Shown here: positions 13,251-26,500 of the stretch, piece after piece | Position numbering within the stretch: position 1 is the stretch's first letter | Layout: every line of letters starts with the position of its first letter | Source of the DNA: Octopus vulgaris | Lineage: Eukaryota | NCBI GenBank assembly: GCA_951406725.2 | Contig: OX597823.1 | Span: 25,854,001-25,918,000 of the forward strand | Length of the DNA stretch: 64,000 bases | Direction: 5' to 3' | Program-made: the position numbers and the translations under genes | The notes under the pieces: generated by a model | Told to the model about the DNA's origin: nothing | What the model saw: the letters and a program-made list of their open reading frames with translations, nothing else | Databases searched by the model: none

Positions 13251-13829
13251 TACCGAGAATGACTATAAAATTTTGCATGTTTACAAAAAGATTAATCTAA
13301 ATGGAGCACTGCCTGTGTAATAAAGGATGATATCACACTTTTTACTGCTAGCCATCATTCTTTCTTTCACTCTCACATCACTCTTTAATGACATCTACAG
13401 TTCTCACTCACCATCACCCATTTATATCGCTATTTATCATTTGTTCTCTCTTACCATCACTTATCCTTTAATCCTTCACTCTCTCCCAGACACATTGCTC
13501 TATTACTCCCTGCTCCATTACCCCTCCTTTCAACACCTTGCTTTTCTCTAACATTTCTTTATCTCTCTCCATGCAGCATCAGCAGCCAATCTATAACTGC
13601 CCATCATTGTGTCTCTTCACATACTCCTTCCCATAATACCCTCTTTGTACTCTTTTTATGCATATAATGTCTCCAGCATTATACTCATACCCTATCTTTT
13701 TTCACCCTCTTGGTCATCACTCACTCTTATATTCATCCTCTGAGTCATGTTTGCTTTGAACAAACAGAATCAATGTTGAGCAGAGAGGACTTTTTGGTCT
13801 TTCAGGTGCTATAATAAAACGCCTCTAGT

Positions 13830-14050
13830 ATAAAGTTACTGGTATAAGAAAACACATCCAGCTATTGAAACCATGTCAATATTAAACATTCAAGCAAGAA
13901 ATGGTACTCCAACTCATTTAAGAGGTCAAAAATCCAAATTGGAACCTATTTGATTAGTGATACCCTATTCCAATTATGCCAGTATGGAAAACTGATGATA
14001 ATGATGATGATTATAATGGGATCATGATGATGATAATGATGATCATGATA
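13830..14050 (+). mobile_element. Old RTE 3'-tail fragment
   Basis: catccagctattgaaaccatg...tatgccagtatggaaaactgatgataatgatgat. Confidence 0.5.
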
Positions 14051-15067
14051 TCTATATAGTATATTATATAGAAATGGATTCATTTTTAAAACTCCCCCTC
14101 TAACTTTTTTATATCATTCCTTTTCTTAAAAATGAAAACGGTCTCAGGATTTTTGATAATATCCTATTCAGGAATTGCAATCAAGATGTTTTCTTTATTT
14201 TTTTTTTAATATGATACTTTTTAATAAAATTAAATAGAAATTTATTAACGATAGAGGAATTAATAACCGCAAAATTTTTTTTTACATTTTATATATATTG
14301 CACTTGAAGCATATGAAATATATTTTATTTATATTTAAAAGCTTTAGTTTCACTTTCTATACTTTTGAATGTATTAAGGACGAAAGTGTAATTATAAATG
14401 CAAACCAAACATATTCATACACTTCAAACATAATCACGATATAGTTTATATAGCCATAAATCCCCTAATTTTCATTTTTTTAAATATTCTAAATTTTAAA
14501 AAATTTAATCTCTGAGTTTTTGATGCTGAAAATATAAAAATCTGATCACAGTTTTTTGAGAAAAGGGCATGATAAAAAAATGTAGTATGCTTTCGGTTCT
14601 TGATCACAAAACGAAAGTGAAAATATACATACAGTTGTCGAATTCGATGCGAAACCATAGGCATGTCTACATCAAGTAAACAAACAACTGTGAAATAATA
14701 TCGGCACGAGAGAAGATAATCGCCTTTACCCAACAAATCGATACTAACTAGGCTTAAAAAATATAAAGAGCACCATTTCATTTGATGTAATTAAACAGAC
14801 GAGTGAAGGCACGAGACAATCCCGTGTCCCTCCCTCAGTTAAAATCAGGTCTGTTGCACTTGCAAGCTTTCTTAGAACAAATCCTGTTTAGGCGGACTTA
14901 GCCTTTCATCACACTCACACCGTGCACAAATACAAACATACACACACGCACACATATGTATGTTTTCAGCAGTATGTGAGTGTGTATACGTATGTGTATG
15001 AATATTTAAATATATAAACAATTACAGACGCGCACGTGCAAACACACACGCACGCACGCACACAAAG

Positions 15068-15069
<2 letters not shown>

Positions 15070-15113
<44 letters not shown>
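15070..15113. repeat. (GA)n microsatellite
   Basis: Direct reading. Confidence 0.95.
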
Positions 15114-15118
<5 letters not shown>

Positions 15119-15228
15119 TAAATAATTTATTCCCTATTTCCGGACTTAAATTTTTGTTTCATGAAGAATGTATTCATTAAGTACTTTTTATTTTCTAATT
15201 AAATATTTATAAGAGCAATGATATGTAA

Positions 15229-15270
<42 letters not shown>

Positions 15271-15349
15271 GCTGGTGTATACACATCTAGATTGAGTAGA
15301 TCACTAATGTGTCTAGAATTTTTCACAAGCAGGAAGTAGGCGGCACCTT

Positions 15350-17140
15350 GAAAATTGATCAGATTGATCAAGGAGGGAGTCGAAAGTGACACTTGAGCGC
15401 ATACTCTCTGCTTCTATCTATCCTCAACTGTAACAGGGACTGACAAACCCAGCTCTCTCCACTGTAACAGAACTTCATCCATCTCCTTGTTGGAACTAGT
15501 CCTTGTTGGAGAGCAGGCAAAACGGAAAGAAAACAGGGAAGAGATAGAGACAAGCACTTACGCAAACCTCGGCCCTCAAACCGTTTGGGCAAAGCAGCCT
15601 TGTCGTGGGATTCTGGAGAGAATCTGACAATGACCAAGCTTTCGAGTTTCCTGAAGATTGGGTCGTCAAAGTATTGAAGAGACGACAAGAATCTATAAGG
15701 ACTAACTCTAAGAAAATACAACTTAGGAATCGACAAGTAATTCCTAAGTATCAAAAATCCTGGTTGGCCTCAATTACCTCAAAGTTTTTTAGAAGTTGCT
15801 CAAGGTTAACCATATTGGGTCGAAAGATGGACTCGAGAGCTCGGTCGGTAATTGGGGATCCAACGGAGCACCATGCTGGTGAAGGAGGAACCGCAATAGA
15901 AGGGAAGGAGTGTGTAAACAAGTTTACAGTCTGCTGATGTGAAACTGGATGACTGAGGAGCCAGAGCACGCATTTGAAACTATTACGGCTAAGCTCCCTA
16001 CGACCAAGTTCCTCAATCATCGTCCTCGCAGTTGCAAGGACTTTGTCAGGGGAGCTCCTACCCCACCAAAACAAGCATCGTAGAGATACCAGACATTCAA
16101 GTCTAGGTCAGCTCCCATCGTTGTAACATCATCATTACCCAGTGCAAACAGAGCAGGCCCAAGTGTGTCACCTTGTTGGACTCCAGGGGCAGATAGGATG
16201 AGGTAGTCACCAAAAGAGCGGTAAGGGGGCTTCCGATAAGCTTGCCAAACAAAGTAATAGAGCTGTGGAGCATTCTCCCTTACTGCCCGGAGGGGTGACA
16301 TCCCGGCTGATGGAACTGAAGGCATTCCTGAAGTCTAGTTTGAGGATGACCTTTTAGGACTGTGAGAGTAAATTGGTGAAAGCTTTAGTGGCATAAGCAG
16401 CAGCCTCACAACCTAGCTTAGTACTCACTAAGTAGGGGAAAATTCGGTGGACAAGCCGAAGACAGACACACTTTTGCTGTGAACCGTCGCAGAGCACAAC
16501 CAACTATTATAGGGCGGAGATCACCACTGAGTTTGGTGAGACCAAATATTTTAGCCCCAAAGAACAAGGGACAAGGACAAATTTATGAACTGCGTTAGGT
16601 TCTCTAAGAGCTCAAGACCAGCATCGGCAGTTGACAAGGAAATACCGTCTTTGAGATGCTAAGGTCGTAAGCCATCAATCCCAGTGCCAGAATCCGCCGA
16701 AAATTATGCAATGGCCTTCCTGACATTGTCGGAGTGAAAACAGGTTGTAGAAAGCCTGGTAGGTCGTGCCAGTGTAGGGAGTCATCTGAAGGGGCAAGAA
16801 GATGTTTCTCTTTCAGTCGATTGAAGGAATCTGTGGTACACTGGGCGAGGGAGAACAGAGAGTAGGAGGAGGAGTCAATTTCTTTAAGTTAGGTAGTCAA
16901 CCATTGTTCGGAGTTGTGTTGATCACCGACCTGAGATGAACAGTGGTTGGGGTGGACTCTAACAGACCGAACTGCCGTTTAAGGGAAAGGGTGAGGGATC
17001 CAGTACTCACGTTCGTCACATGGAGAGAGACCAGAGAGAACAGGGACAGTTTCTCGAGTTGTTGGATAGGCAGACGTCCTTCAAGTTTCGAGAGAACAGA
17101 GGTGAAACAAGTCCGAGCTCCCTTACGGATCGATGAACTT
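15350..17140 (-). mobile_element. CRE-like (RLE-type) non-LTR retrotransposon RT remnant
   Basis: ORF 16017-16325 ILSAPGVQQGDTLGPALFAL...LNVWYLYDA (QQGDPLGP / WYLDD motifs); ORF 15368-15754 AALPKRFEGRGLR (LPxRxGGLG motif); frameshifted. Confidence 0.7.
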
Positions 17141-19436
17141 CAAAACAAAAACCAGAAATTTGATTCCACTAAACCGGTATAACTATTGTTATTTCTACAT
17201 AACTTATGGAAAAATGTATAGATTTTAATGAAACTTCGCTTTTTTCCCCCGTAATGTTTCGACAAAATATCATTTAAAGATATGCATGTTAAAGAGATTT
17301 ATGAGGAAACAAATTTGGGAAGAGGAAGAATGATCTGAAACTCCTCCAATTTTTTTTCTACATTTTAGCAACATAATTGTAATCTTCAATATCGAAAAGT
17401 ATCTCTGCAAATTTCACTAATAAATTAGGCCTATACAGTTTTTCAGAAAGTTACGAGAGAACAGGTGGGAGGCACTGAACTGTAGCTATGCCATTAAATC
17501 ACACTATTTTCCACAAATCAACAAAAGCACCAACTTTATGCAAGAAGACAAAAGAAAATTCTTCAACAGACGAAAGAAAACAGAAATTTTCCTTTAACGT
17601 AGTCCAAAATTTAAGTTAAAATATTTCCCGCAAAAACAGTATTTTTCAAAAATTTTGTTGTGTTCAAGAACGCCTCATACGAACCAACGAGAGAGCCCCT
17701 ATGTGATAATTCTAAGTGTTAGAAATAGAGGCCAAGATTGTCTTTAATCACATCCAACCGACTTTTAAAACAGGGATTCATTGAACAAAAATTATCTGTT
17801 TCTTCTTTAACGGATTTATTTTTTATATTTATTTACAATATTGACCTATGAAAAGGTTTTGAACGTTGACATTTCACAGTGAAATACTTTCTTGGGGGCT
17901 CTGACTTTAAAAACAAAAATAAGAGGTTAAGTGGGGGAAAGTTCTAAAAAATGATAACCGGTCTCTCACATTTGTTAAAACTGAAAATAAAACGTGCGCG
18001 AAGATAAGTTAACAAACTGGTGACTGCTTTTGTCCTGTTGAAATTATCGCACCGAAGATCAACTTAACCTTTCACCCTTCAGGGGTCGATAAAATGAAAT
18101 ATTAATCACTGTTCCCCTTGCACTAAATGACTGGCTTTGGAATTATTTTTAAAATTATTGACTACTCTCACCCAGAAATGGGCCGAGAGGAAGCTATCCA
18201 TGAAAGGTCGGATGGGCTAACACGTAGGGACAGTTTCTCGAGTTGTTGGATAGGCAGACGTTCTTCAAGTTTCGAGAGAATAGAGGTGAAACAAGTCCGA
18301 CCTCCCTTACGGATCGATGAACTTCAAAACAAAAACCAGAAATTTGATTCCACTAAACCGGTATAACTATTGTTATTTCTACATAACTTATGGAAAAATG
18401 TATAGTTTTTAATGAAACTTCGCTTTTTTCCCCCGTAGATTTATAGCTCGAAACATCAACATTTCGTAATGTTTCGACAAAATATCATTTAAAGATATGC
18501 ATGTTAAAGAGATTTATGAGGAAACAAATTTGGGAAGAGGAAGAATGATCTGAAACTCCTCCAATTTTTTTTCTACATTTTAGCAACATAATTGTAATCT
18601 TCAATATCGAAAAGTATCTCTGCAAATTTCACTAATAAATTAGGCCTATACAGTTTTTCAGAATGTTACGAGAGAACCGGTGGGAGGCACTGAACTGTAG
18701 CTATGCCATTAAATCACACTATTTTCCACAAATCCACAAAAGCACCAACTTTATGCAAGAAGACAAAAGAAAATTCTTCAACAGACGAAAGAAAACAGAA
18801 ATTTTCCTTTAACGTAGTCCAAAATTTAAGTTAAAATATTTCCCGCAAAAACAGTATTTTTCAAAAAATTTGTTGTGTTCAAGAACGCCTCATACGAACC
18901 AACGAGAGAGCCCTTATGTGATAATTCCAAGTGTTAGAAATATAGGCCAAGATTGTCTTTAATCACATCCAACCGACTTTTAAAACGGATTCATTGAACA
19001 AAAATTATCTGTTTCTTCTTTAACGGAATTATTTTTTATATTTATTTACAATATTGACCTATGAAAAGGTTTTGAACGTTGACATTTCACAGTGAAATAC
19101 TTTCTTGGGGGCTCTGACTTTAAAAACAAAAATAAGAGGTTAAGTGGGGGAAAGTTCTAAAAAATGATAACCGGTCTCTCACATTTGTTAAAACTGAAAA
19201 TAAAACGTGCGCGAAGATAAGTTAACAAACTGGTGACTGCTTTTGTCCTGTTGAAATTATCGCACCGAAGATCAACTTTACCTTTCACCCTTCAGGGGTC
19301 GATAAAATGAAATATTAATCACTGTTCCCCTTGCACTAAAACTGGCTTTGGAATTATTTTTAAAATTATTGACTACTCTCACCCAGAAATGGGCCGAGAG
19401 GAAGCTATCCATGAAAGGTCGGGTGGGCTAACACGT
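17042..19436 (+). repeat. ~1.2-kb near-identical tandem direct duplication (17042-18225 and 18226-19436)
   Basis: Both copies start agggacagtttctcgagttgttgg and end gggctaacacgt; few substitutions; copy 2 has ~30 extra nt near 18437. Confidence 0.95.
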
Positions 19437-19819
19437 ACGTCCCGTCCATCATCTATTACTGCTTGACTGTCGTGCCTTGTCCCGGTCCCGAATTTTTTTT
19501 TCCCCCACGAGAGTTCCTGACCCCAGTTAAGAACTCATTTGCATACAGTCAATCAGAGCTCGACTATCAAACTAATTTTAAAAAATCCTTAACTCTGCGG
19601 CCATATACACATGTAACAAAAAAAAAAATGAATCACATCAACATACATGGTGACTACATCACACCAACAGATAGCATATCGACACATAAAAATCATCATA
19701 ACAACTTTTTAAGAACCAAATATCCCTATGAAAAAAGAGATCTTCGAGGAAAAGACCTGGAAATACTCATAACTAATAGTGCGGCTGCAACGCCAGTCCT
19801 TCCACAGAAATAAGGTAAA

Positions 19820-20850
19820 CAATCCTTCTCACTTTTATTAGCGAAGCCTTTCTCAGAACAGAAAGTGAATGCACGTAGTCCGAATGTTGCCTTGGAAGCA
19901 AGGCCTTCTGCTCAACGAACTCAGGTCACTAGATCTAGATGTGGTGGCCATCAGCAAGACCAGAATTTCCGAAGCACAAGCAACGGCTACGAGGCCTACG
20001 CATTTTGGGATCGAACGGGATTGGAAGATGGAATCGCTGTATTGTTTCGGAAGGAACTATATCTCACGAGGTAGAGTATCTTCCTGAAGCCTGAAGGTAT
20101 GTCGTGGTATTGGACGTGACTAGTAGGAAAGGTTATATAGTGGCGACCATATTTCTTCATGCATCTGGAGGTCTTCCTAGACATGCCCCGTTCATTAGTG
20201 GCAGAACATCATCTTAGATACCCGCTTAGATATGTGGGGTTAGCTGAAAGAGGTGAGAATGCAAATGCCCTCCGAAGATGCTCAGACGTTTTTGCCTGAC
20301 ATGTACCGACTAGATGTCCCAAATGTGTTAATGCGGACATTGATAAACCGTAATGAGTTATCCATATCGTATTTACAAAGAGTATTCTGTATCCTGTAGA
20401 TAAGGATGGCATAGGTTGTCCACAATTGAAAGTGGCCGGCTACATAGACAACAAATTTGTGGCATGTACAATCGACCCAGATAGACTTTGTAAACAGGAC
20501 CCGGCTACTGGAAGCTGGACAGGATTAGTGGATTAGTTAACTATGTGTTGACGGGAGCAATAGTCAACAACAAATAATGACCCGCCTTGAAAAACAAAAT
20601 TAGAGCAGAATCGACAGAGTTTAGTAAGGAATTAACTATAGAAAAAACAAAACTAGAGAAGATGAAGTTAGAAACCTAGAAGAGGCGCTCAGTAAAAGCA
20701 TCACGACTGACGTGCTTGCGTTAAGTTTGGCACTCGACAATTTCTTTAATGTGAAGTACCGAAGGCTGCTTTCTCAGGGCTAATGCACGTGCTCTAAGAC
20801 ATGGAGGAACGAAAGCCGTTCGATGGGCCTGGGTTGAGGAAGACAGTGGG
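19820..20850 (+). mobile_element. Tx1/L1-like LINE remnant (APE endonuclease region)
   Basis: LLNELRSLDLDVVAISKTRI (ORF 19869-20087) and GPGYWKL at ~20497-20517, typical of the end of L1/Tx1 endonucleases. Confidence 0.65.
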
Positions 20851-21022
20851 TATGTTATCCGATGTGTACAGTATTATATATTCATTACAGCCGATCTCAC
20901 CATCAGTTTCGCGCTAGGGATTCAACGGAATGTTAGGTAACAAGCGATAGCTGTGGTGAAATGAAATATGGCAGATTGGTAAGATTGGCCGCATTGGATC
21001 TATAATACTGTACACTCCTGAT

Positions 21023-21023
21023 A

Positions 21024-21082
<59 letters not shown>

Positions 21083-21098
21083 CACATATATATATATG

Positions 21099-21134
<36 letters not shown>

Positions 21135-21186
21135 CATATAGGTGTTATACAGGTGTACATACACACACAAACACACACACACATAT
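21023..21186. repeat. (TA)n/(CA)n compound microsatellite
   Basis: Direct reading. Confidence 0.9.
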
Positions 21187-21642
21187 GTTAGCGATATAAA
21201 TAAATACCTTGGCTAGTACTATATTTTATCAACGCTGAAAGGATGACAGGCAAAGTTGAGATCAGCAGGATTTGAACTAAGAACATAAGGAGCCAGAAAA
21301 AAAAATATCGGGAAAAAAAAACATTTCTTCTGATACTCCGACGATTCTTCCAAGCCACCACACTTCATCTGGTTTCTGATTTAGACACAAAGCCACCAGT
21401 AGGGTGACAAACCTAATTGATACAATGGCCCAATAGGCAGAAGTTGGTTCATAATTTATACATAATCATATCTATATAAGTACAGCGACTGTGGGTCGCA
21501 TATATATATATAAAAATTGAATTAGAGATTGTGTTAACCCCATGAAGGAATGGTTTCATCCAAGGAAATACTGGTTCAATACCTAGTAGTTTGGAGGAAT
21601 GAATTTCCTTAAAATAATAGATATATGTAAAAACATATAGTT

Positions 21643-21986
21643 TATATTCATTTAAAAGAAGAAAATAGAGATTGAGAAGTTAATAATTGTTTATTATTAA
21701 CAGCAAATTGGTCATCTCTACTTACAGCCGTTTCTATTAATACTCAATAAACATTAAATTTAGCATTTTAGAAGTCTGCTAAAATGAATTCACAAACATA
21801 CAAATCGCATCCAAAGGTATATCTTTTTTCCTCTGATGATATTATGCTCATGTCACATAAATGTAAATGTAATGTCTATTGAGTACTAATAGAAAAGGCT
21901 GTAAGTGAAGATGACCAATTTGCTGTTAATAATAAACAATTATTAACTTCCCAATCTCTATTTTCTTCTTCTTTTAAATGTATATA
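21643..21986. mobile_element. Penelope-like pLTR fragment in inverted arrangement with degenerate hammerhead motif
   Basis: ~115-bp inverted arms (21643-21761 and 21862-21986); CTGATGA at 21833-21839; GAAAAGGCTGTA at 21892 (+) and GAAACGGCTGTA on the minus arm. Confidence 0.6.
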
Positions 21987-22587
21987 TAATTAGAAATTAG
22001 AAAAAAACACCTTTTATCAATTCAAAATGAAAAATTAAATTACACCATCTAGAAAATTACATATAATAGAAATATTAAATATAAGATAAAAATAATATAC
22101 CGATGATTAAGTAATGTGCAAAATAATAAATAAGAGACGTATATATTTGGTAGAATAACGATACGTGTTTCGTGGCTATATTTAAGAAATTAATTTTGTT
22201 AGACAATAGATTATTTAATCATTAGGTGGTATATCTATTAAGTAGTATTACATTTAAGTAAATTAGGTTTTATATTAATTGATATTTTGGTCAACATTAT
22301 TATTGAGTGATATATTAAATCTATAGATACTACATATATATTAATTATATAGTTAGTTTATTTAATAAGTGTGCCTATATTTGAACCATTTCTTATTTTG
22401 ATTCCAGTATTTGTGGCTTGTACTAGCATAGTGTATATTAATTAATTTTAAGGTTTTAGTATTAATTGCTTAATGGATATTAGACTGTATTTGGATGTTT
22501 ATTAAATAAATATATTAATTAATAATCTGATTTAATGTATATAGTTTAAAGTGTTGTATTTAGTTTTCACTTAATGTATATTTAGTA

Positions 22588-23515
22588 TCATATCTATAAA
22601 AGGCATGATATGTGTGTGCGTGCGTGTGTGTGTACGTGATTGCAATTTATGCACGTCCACAAATTAGCACGCATGTCGCTCAAATTTTAGGAGAACATTC
22701 GTCAACATCCTACCAGGGTTTTGTCAACTTATTTTTTTCCCGAGGCACCCGCGGATAGCGGTAAAATTTTATTTTCAGCCATAGCGTTTAGCCATAAAAA
22801 ATATCAGCGTCTAACAAAAAAAAATAAGATAAAGAAAAGTGGAAGAAGGAGGCAGAGAGTTTCACGGGAAAGACAAAGTGAGAGAGAGGGAGAGAGAGTA
22901 ACGACGTTCATAAAAAATAAAATGTTTTGTTTTTTCTTAAACACGAGATATAGTGTTCAAATTCAGGATGTTTTTGAAAGACACTATATTTTATAATCAT
23001 AGTATATATACTTTCTCACACAACAATTACAATATATTTATTTTAAATCATTTATTTATTTTAAATCGTTCATCTTTCTCCCCACCCCTCTCTCTCACGC
23101 ATTACTCTGGGTGCGAAAGAGTTTTGTTTTTATTTTACGCCAAGTAAAAAAGTGTTTTGTTGAGAATCCATGTATTTAACAACAAAGAAACAGATAGGTG
23201 AGTAACAATTTGTCAGTGAATTACACAATATAAATGGGTACAATTTCCGAGGCTTCCACCACACCCTCACTCCGTTTCACGGACCACAAAAAGGGTTTTG
23301 TAACATATTAGGATGCCAGAGTAGTTGATTCCACGCAAAAAAAAACGCTTTTTTTTCTTAGTGAAAATCGTGCGAGTGTTAATCAACAAATTTAACAACA
23401 TTTTTTCCACTCATTTCTGTTTATGAACATGTATGCATGCACAAAACATGCAAAAGGTGTACGTACATACGTGTGTGTATGTGTGTTCGTGTCTGTTGCC
23501 CATATATATTTATAT

Positions 23516-23565
<50 letters not shown>

Positions 23566-23693
23566 ATATAACCAATTTCAACGGATTTCGCCCAAATTTG
23601 ACGTCCATATTACTTAGTTTGGTTTGAAATAAAGAACTTGATTAACTTAATAATCGTAACTTAATCCCGAACAAGGCCGGGTTGTACTGCTAG
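22588..23693 (+). mobile_element. Non-autonomous Helitron
   Basis: Starts A|TCATATCTATAAAAG; subterminal hairpin cccgaacaaggccggg at 23666-23681; ends CTAG|T at 23690-23694; inserted between A and T without TSD. Confidence 0.7.
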
Positions 23694-24155
23694 TCTTACA
23701 TATTGTAGTTATTTTTAACCTGATGAGTGGCTATATTTATATCGAAGTGATTTTACTACAACTACTAATATTTTTACTATAATCATTTCTTAAATATAAT
23801 CACAAAACACAACCCGTCTGATTAGGGTACACTAGGCACATGCATCACAACCATATTTATATTATTATTATTATTATTATTATTATGAGTCAATGCGCAG
23901 TAGAATTTTCTTGTTTACACAAAACGTTATGCAAATTTTAGATGTCAATGTTTTATTTTTACCCACGAACTTAAACAGGAGGCAGAAAACACGGTAGGAA
24001 CAAGCAAAAAGGAGCGGAATTCGAATATATAAACCAAAGTGTATTCTCTCCAACAGATGTGAAAGTTTCTGGATAAAGAAACAGTATTAATGTCATTTAC
24101 CTGTTAATACATTATACTGCGTAGAATGAAAAACTGGTATTTATTTTTCCTTCAC

Positions 24156-24292
<137 letters not shown>

Positions 24293-24369
24293 AACACTAG
24301 TGTTTTGAACATATAAACATCTAATATTCATATTATTATTTATAAGTACACTCCCAAATGTGGTCACTG

Positions 24370-24915
24370 CAGAGCGTCAAACTGGTGGTGAAGATTGAGG
24401 CAAACCAGACCCTCTACACAAAGAAGATTGACTACGATGGAACAGCTACCGGGAGAGGCTACAAGAATTGAAGCTCTGCTGTCCAGAGAAATAACGAGAA
24501 AGATATGCAGTGATATACATACAGAAGATCGTGAAAGGTCTAGCTTCCAACTTTAGAATTAAAAGCTATACCAGCCACCGAACTGGATGACACTGCATAA
24601 CACCAACGATCCCGTCTTCTTCGTCTCGAATAAGGACCCTGTACTGCAACAGCTTAGCTTTCAGGGAACCACAACTGTTTAGCATCCTGCCAAACAACCT
24701 CAGAGATTTACGAGGTGTAGATGTGGAGACCTTCAAAAAACACCTGGACAAATTTGTCTGAAATCACAGATGAACCCATATCGCGGCAAGATGTAGAAAG
24801 AAGAGCAGCTCCGTCCAGCTCGCTTCTTCACCAAAAACAATACAGAAGGAAAACCCGAAACTACTAAAAGGGGGTGCTTCAGTATGGCGCCAGCCTTTGG
24901 CTGAAACGATGTTAT
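24370..24915 (+). mobile_element. CR1/L2-group LINE 3'-end remnant
   Basis: Degenerate translation YCNSLAFREPQLFSILPNNLRDLRGVDVETFKKHLDKF..DEP resembles the CR1-group ORF2 C-terminus (N.LP...FK..LD). Confidence 0.6.
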
Positions 24916-25483
24916 TTTGTGTGTGTGTATTTATATATATACGCACACACTTATATGTGGGGGAGATTGGGTAGGTGGTTGGGTGTGTGCCTATTTTTGA
25001 ACCAAAAATTCCATGAACTAACAGAAGTAAACACACATATAGGCCACTAAAAGAAAGCTGATATCATATTTGTTTACAAAATTACACTTTATGCGTAACA
25101 ACGATAGCAAAATTATTCTAAGGCGAAAAGCTGCACCATTAAAACTTTTCTTTACATAAGAACATATTTAAGAATAAATAAATAAATAAATAAATAATAT
25201 GCAAACGGAATATTACGATTGTACCAGAAAATAATTTTGCTACTGATAAACAATAGATATAATCGTTGTAAATCGTATCGTGTACAACAAACTTTCTTGA
25301 AGTTAATCAAAATAATCTTTCTTCTGCAAAACACGCTTTCACGCATATAGTGCACGACTGTTTGTTTGTTTATATGTATGTGTGTGTAGACAGACAGACA
25401 GACAGATAGATAGATCATCATCATTTTATATATATATATATATATAAGCATAGTTGTGTGTATTATATATATATATATATATA

Positions 25484-25894
25484 GGCGCAGGAGTGGCTGT
25501 GTGGTAAGTAGCTTGCTTACCAACCACATGGTTCCGGGTTCAGTCCCACTGCGTGGTACATTGGGCATGTATCTTCTACTATAGCCTCGGGCCGACCAAT
25601 GCCTTGTGAGTGGATTTGGTAGACGGAAATTGAAAGAAGCCTGTCGTATATATGTATATATATGTGTGTGTGTGTGTGTGTGCGCGTATGTTTGTGTGTC
25701 TGTGTTTGTCCCCCTAGCATTGCTTGACAACCAATGCTGGTGTGTTTATGTACCCGTAACTTAGCGGTTCGGCAAAAAGAGACCGATAGAATAAGTACTG
25801 GGCTTACAAAGAATAAGTCCTGGGGCCGAGTTGCTCGACCAAAGGCGGTGCTCCAGCATGGCCGCAGTGAAATGACTGAAGCAAGTAAAAGAGT
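25484..25894 (+). mobile_element. tRNA-derived SINE (family A), full-length
   Basis: A box TGGCTGTGTGG, B box GGTTCAGTCC, central domain, internal (TA)/(TG) tract, tail ending gactgaagcaagtaaaagag. Confidence 0.85.
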
Positions 25895-25906
25895 AATATA
25901 TATATA

Positions 25907-26091
25907 TTCTTTTTTGTTTCAGTCAGTTGACTGCGGCCATGCGGCAGCACCGCCTTGAAGGGTTTTAGTTGAAGAAATCGACCCCAGGAGTTATTCTTTG
26001 TAAGCCTGGTACTTATTCTATTGGTCTCTTTGCCGAACTACTAAGTTACGGGAATGTTAACACACCAACATCGGTGGGGTGACAGACACAC

Positions 26092-26147
<56 letters not shown>

Positions 26148-26310
26148 GACGGGCTTCCTTCAGTTTCCATCTACCAAATCCACTCACAAAAGCTTTCATT
26201 GGCCTGAGGCTATAGTAAAAGACATTTGCCCAAGGTGCCATGCAGTGGGACTGAACCAGGAGCCATGTGATTGCAAAGCAAGCTTCTTAACACACAGCCA
26301 ATCCTGCACC
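25907..26310 (-). mobile_element. tRNA-derived SINE (family A), full-length, inverted relative to its neighbour
   Basis: Reverse complement of 25484-25894 along its length. Confidence 0.85.
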
Positions 26311-26317
26311 TATATTA

Positions 26318-26500
26318 TCATCATCATCATCCTCATCATTTATCGTCCATTGTCCATACTGGCATGGGTTGGACAGTTTGACCAGGCTGGCACGCTGGAA
26401 GGCTACACCAGACTTCAGTCTGATTTGTTATGGTTTTCTACAGATAGAGGTGCTTCCTAGCACCAATCACTCTGAGAGTGTAATGAGTGCTTTTACATGA
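26318..26500 (-). mobile_element. RTE 3'-tail fragment
   Basis: (ATC)n then tccatactggcatgggttggacagtttgacc. Confidence 0.7.

Noticed and set aside
20914-21184. ORFs rich in YI/CV/HT repeats (also 1112-1383, 24112-24367, 25152-25730, 33595-33816, 39697-39993)
   Set aside because: Translations of microsatellites and SINEs
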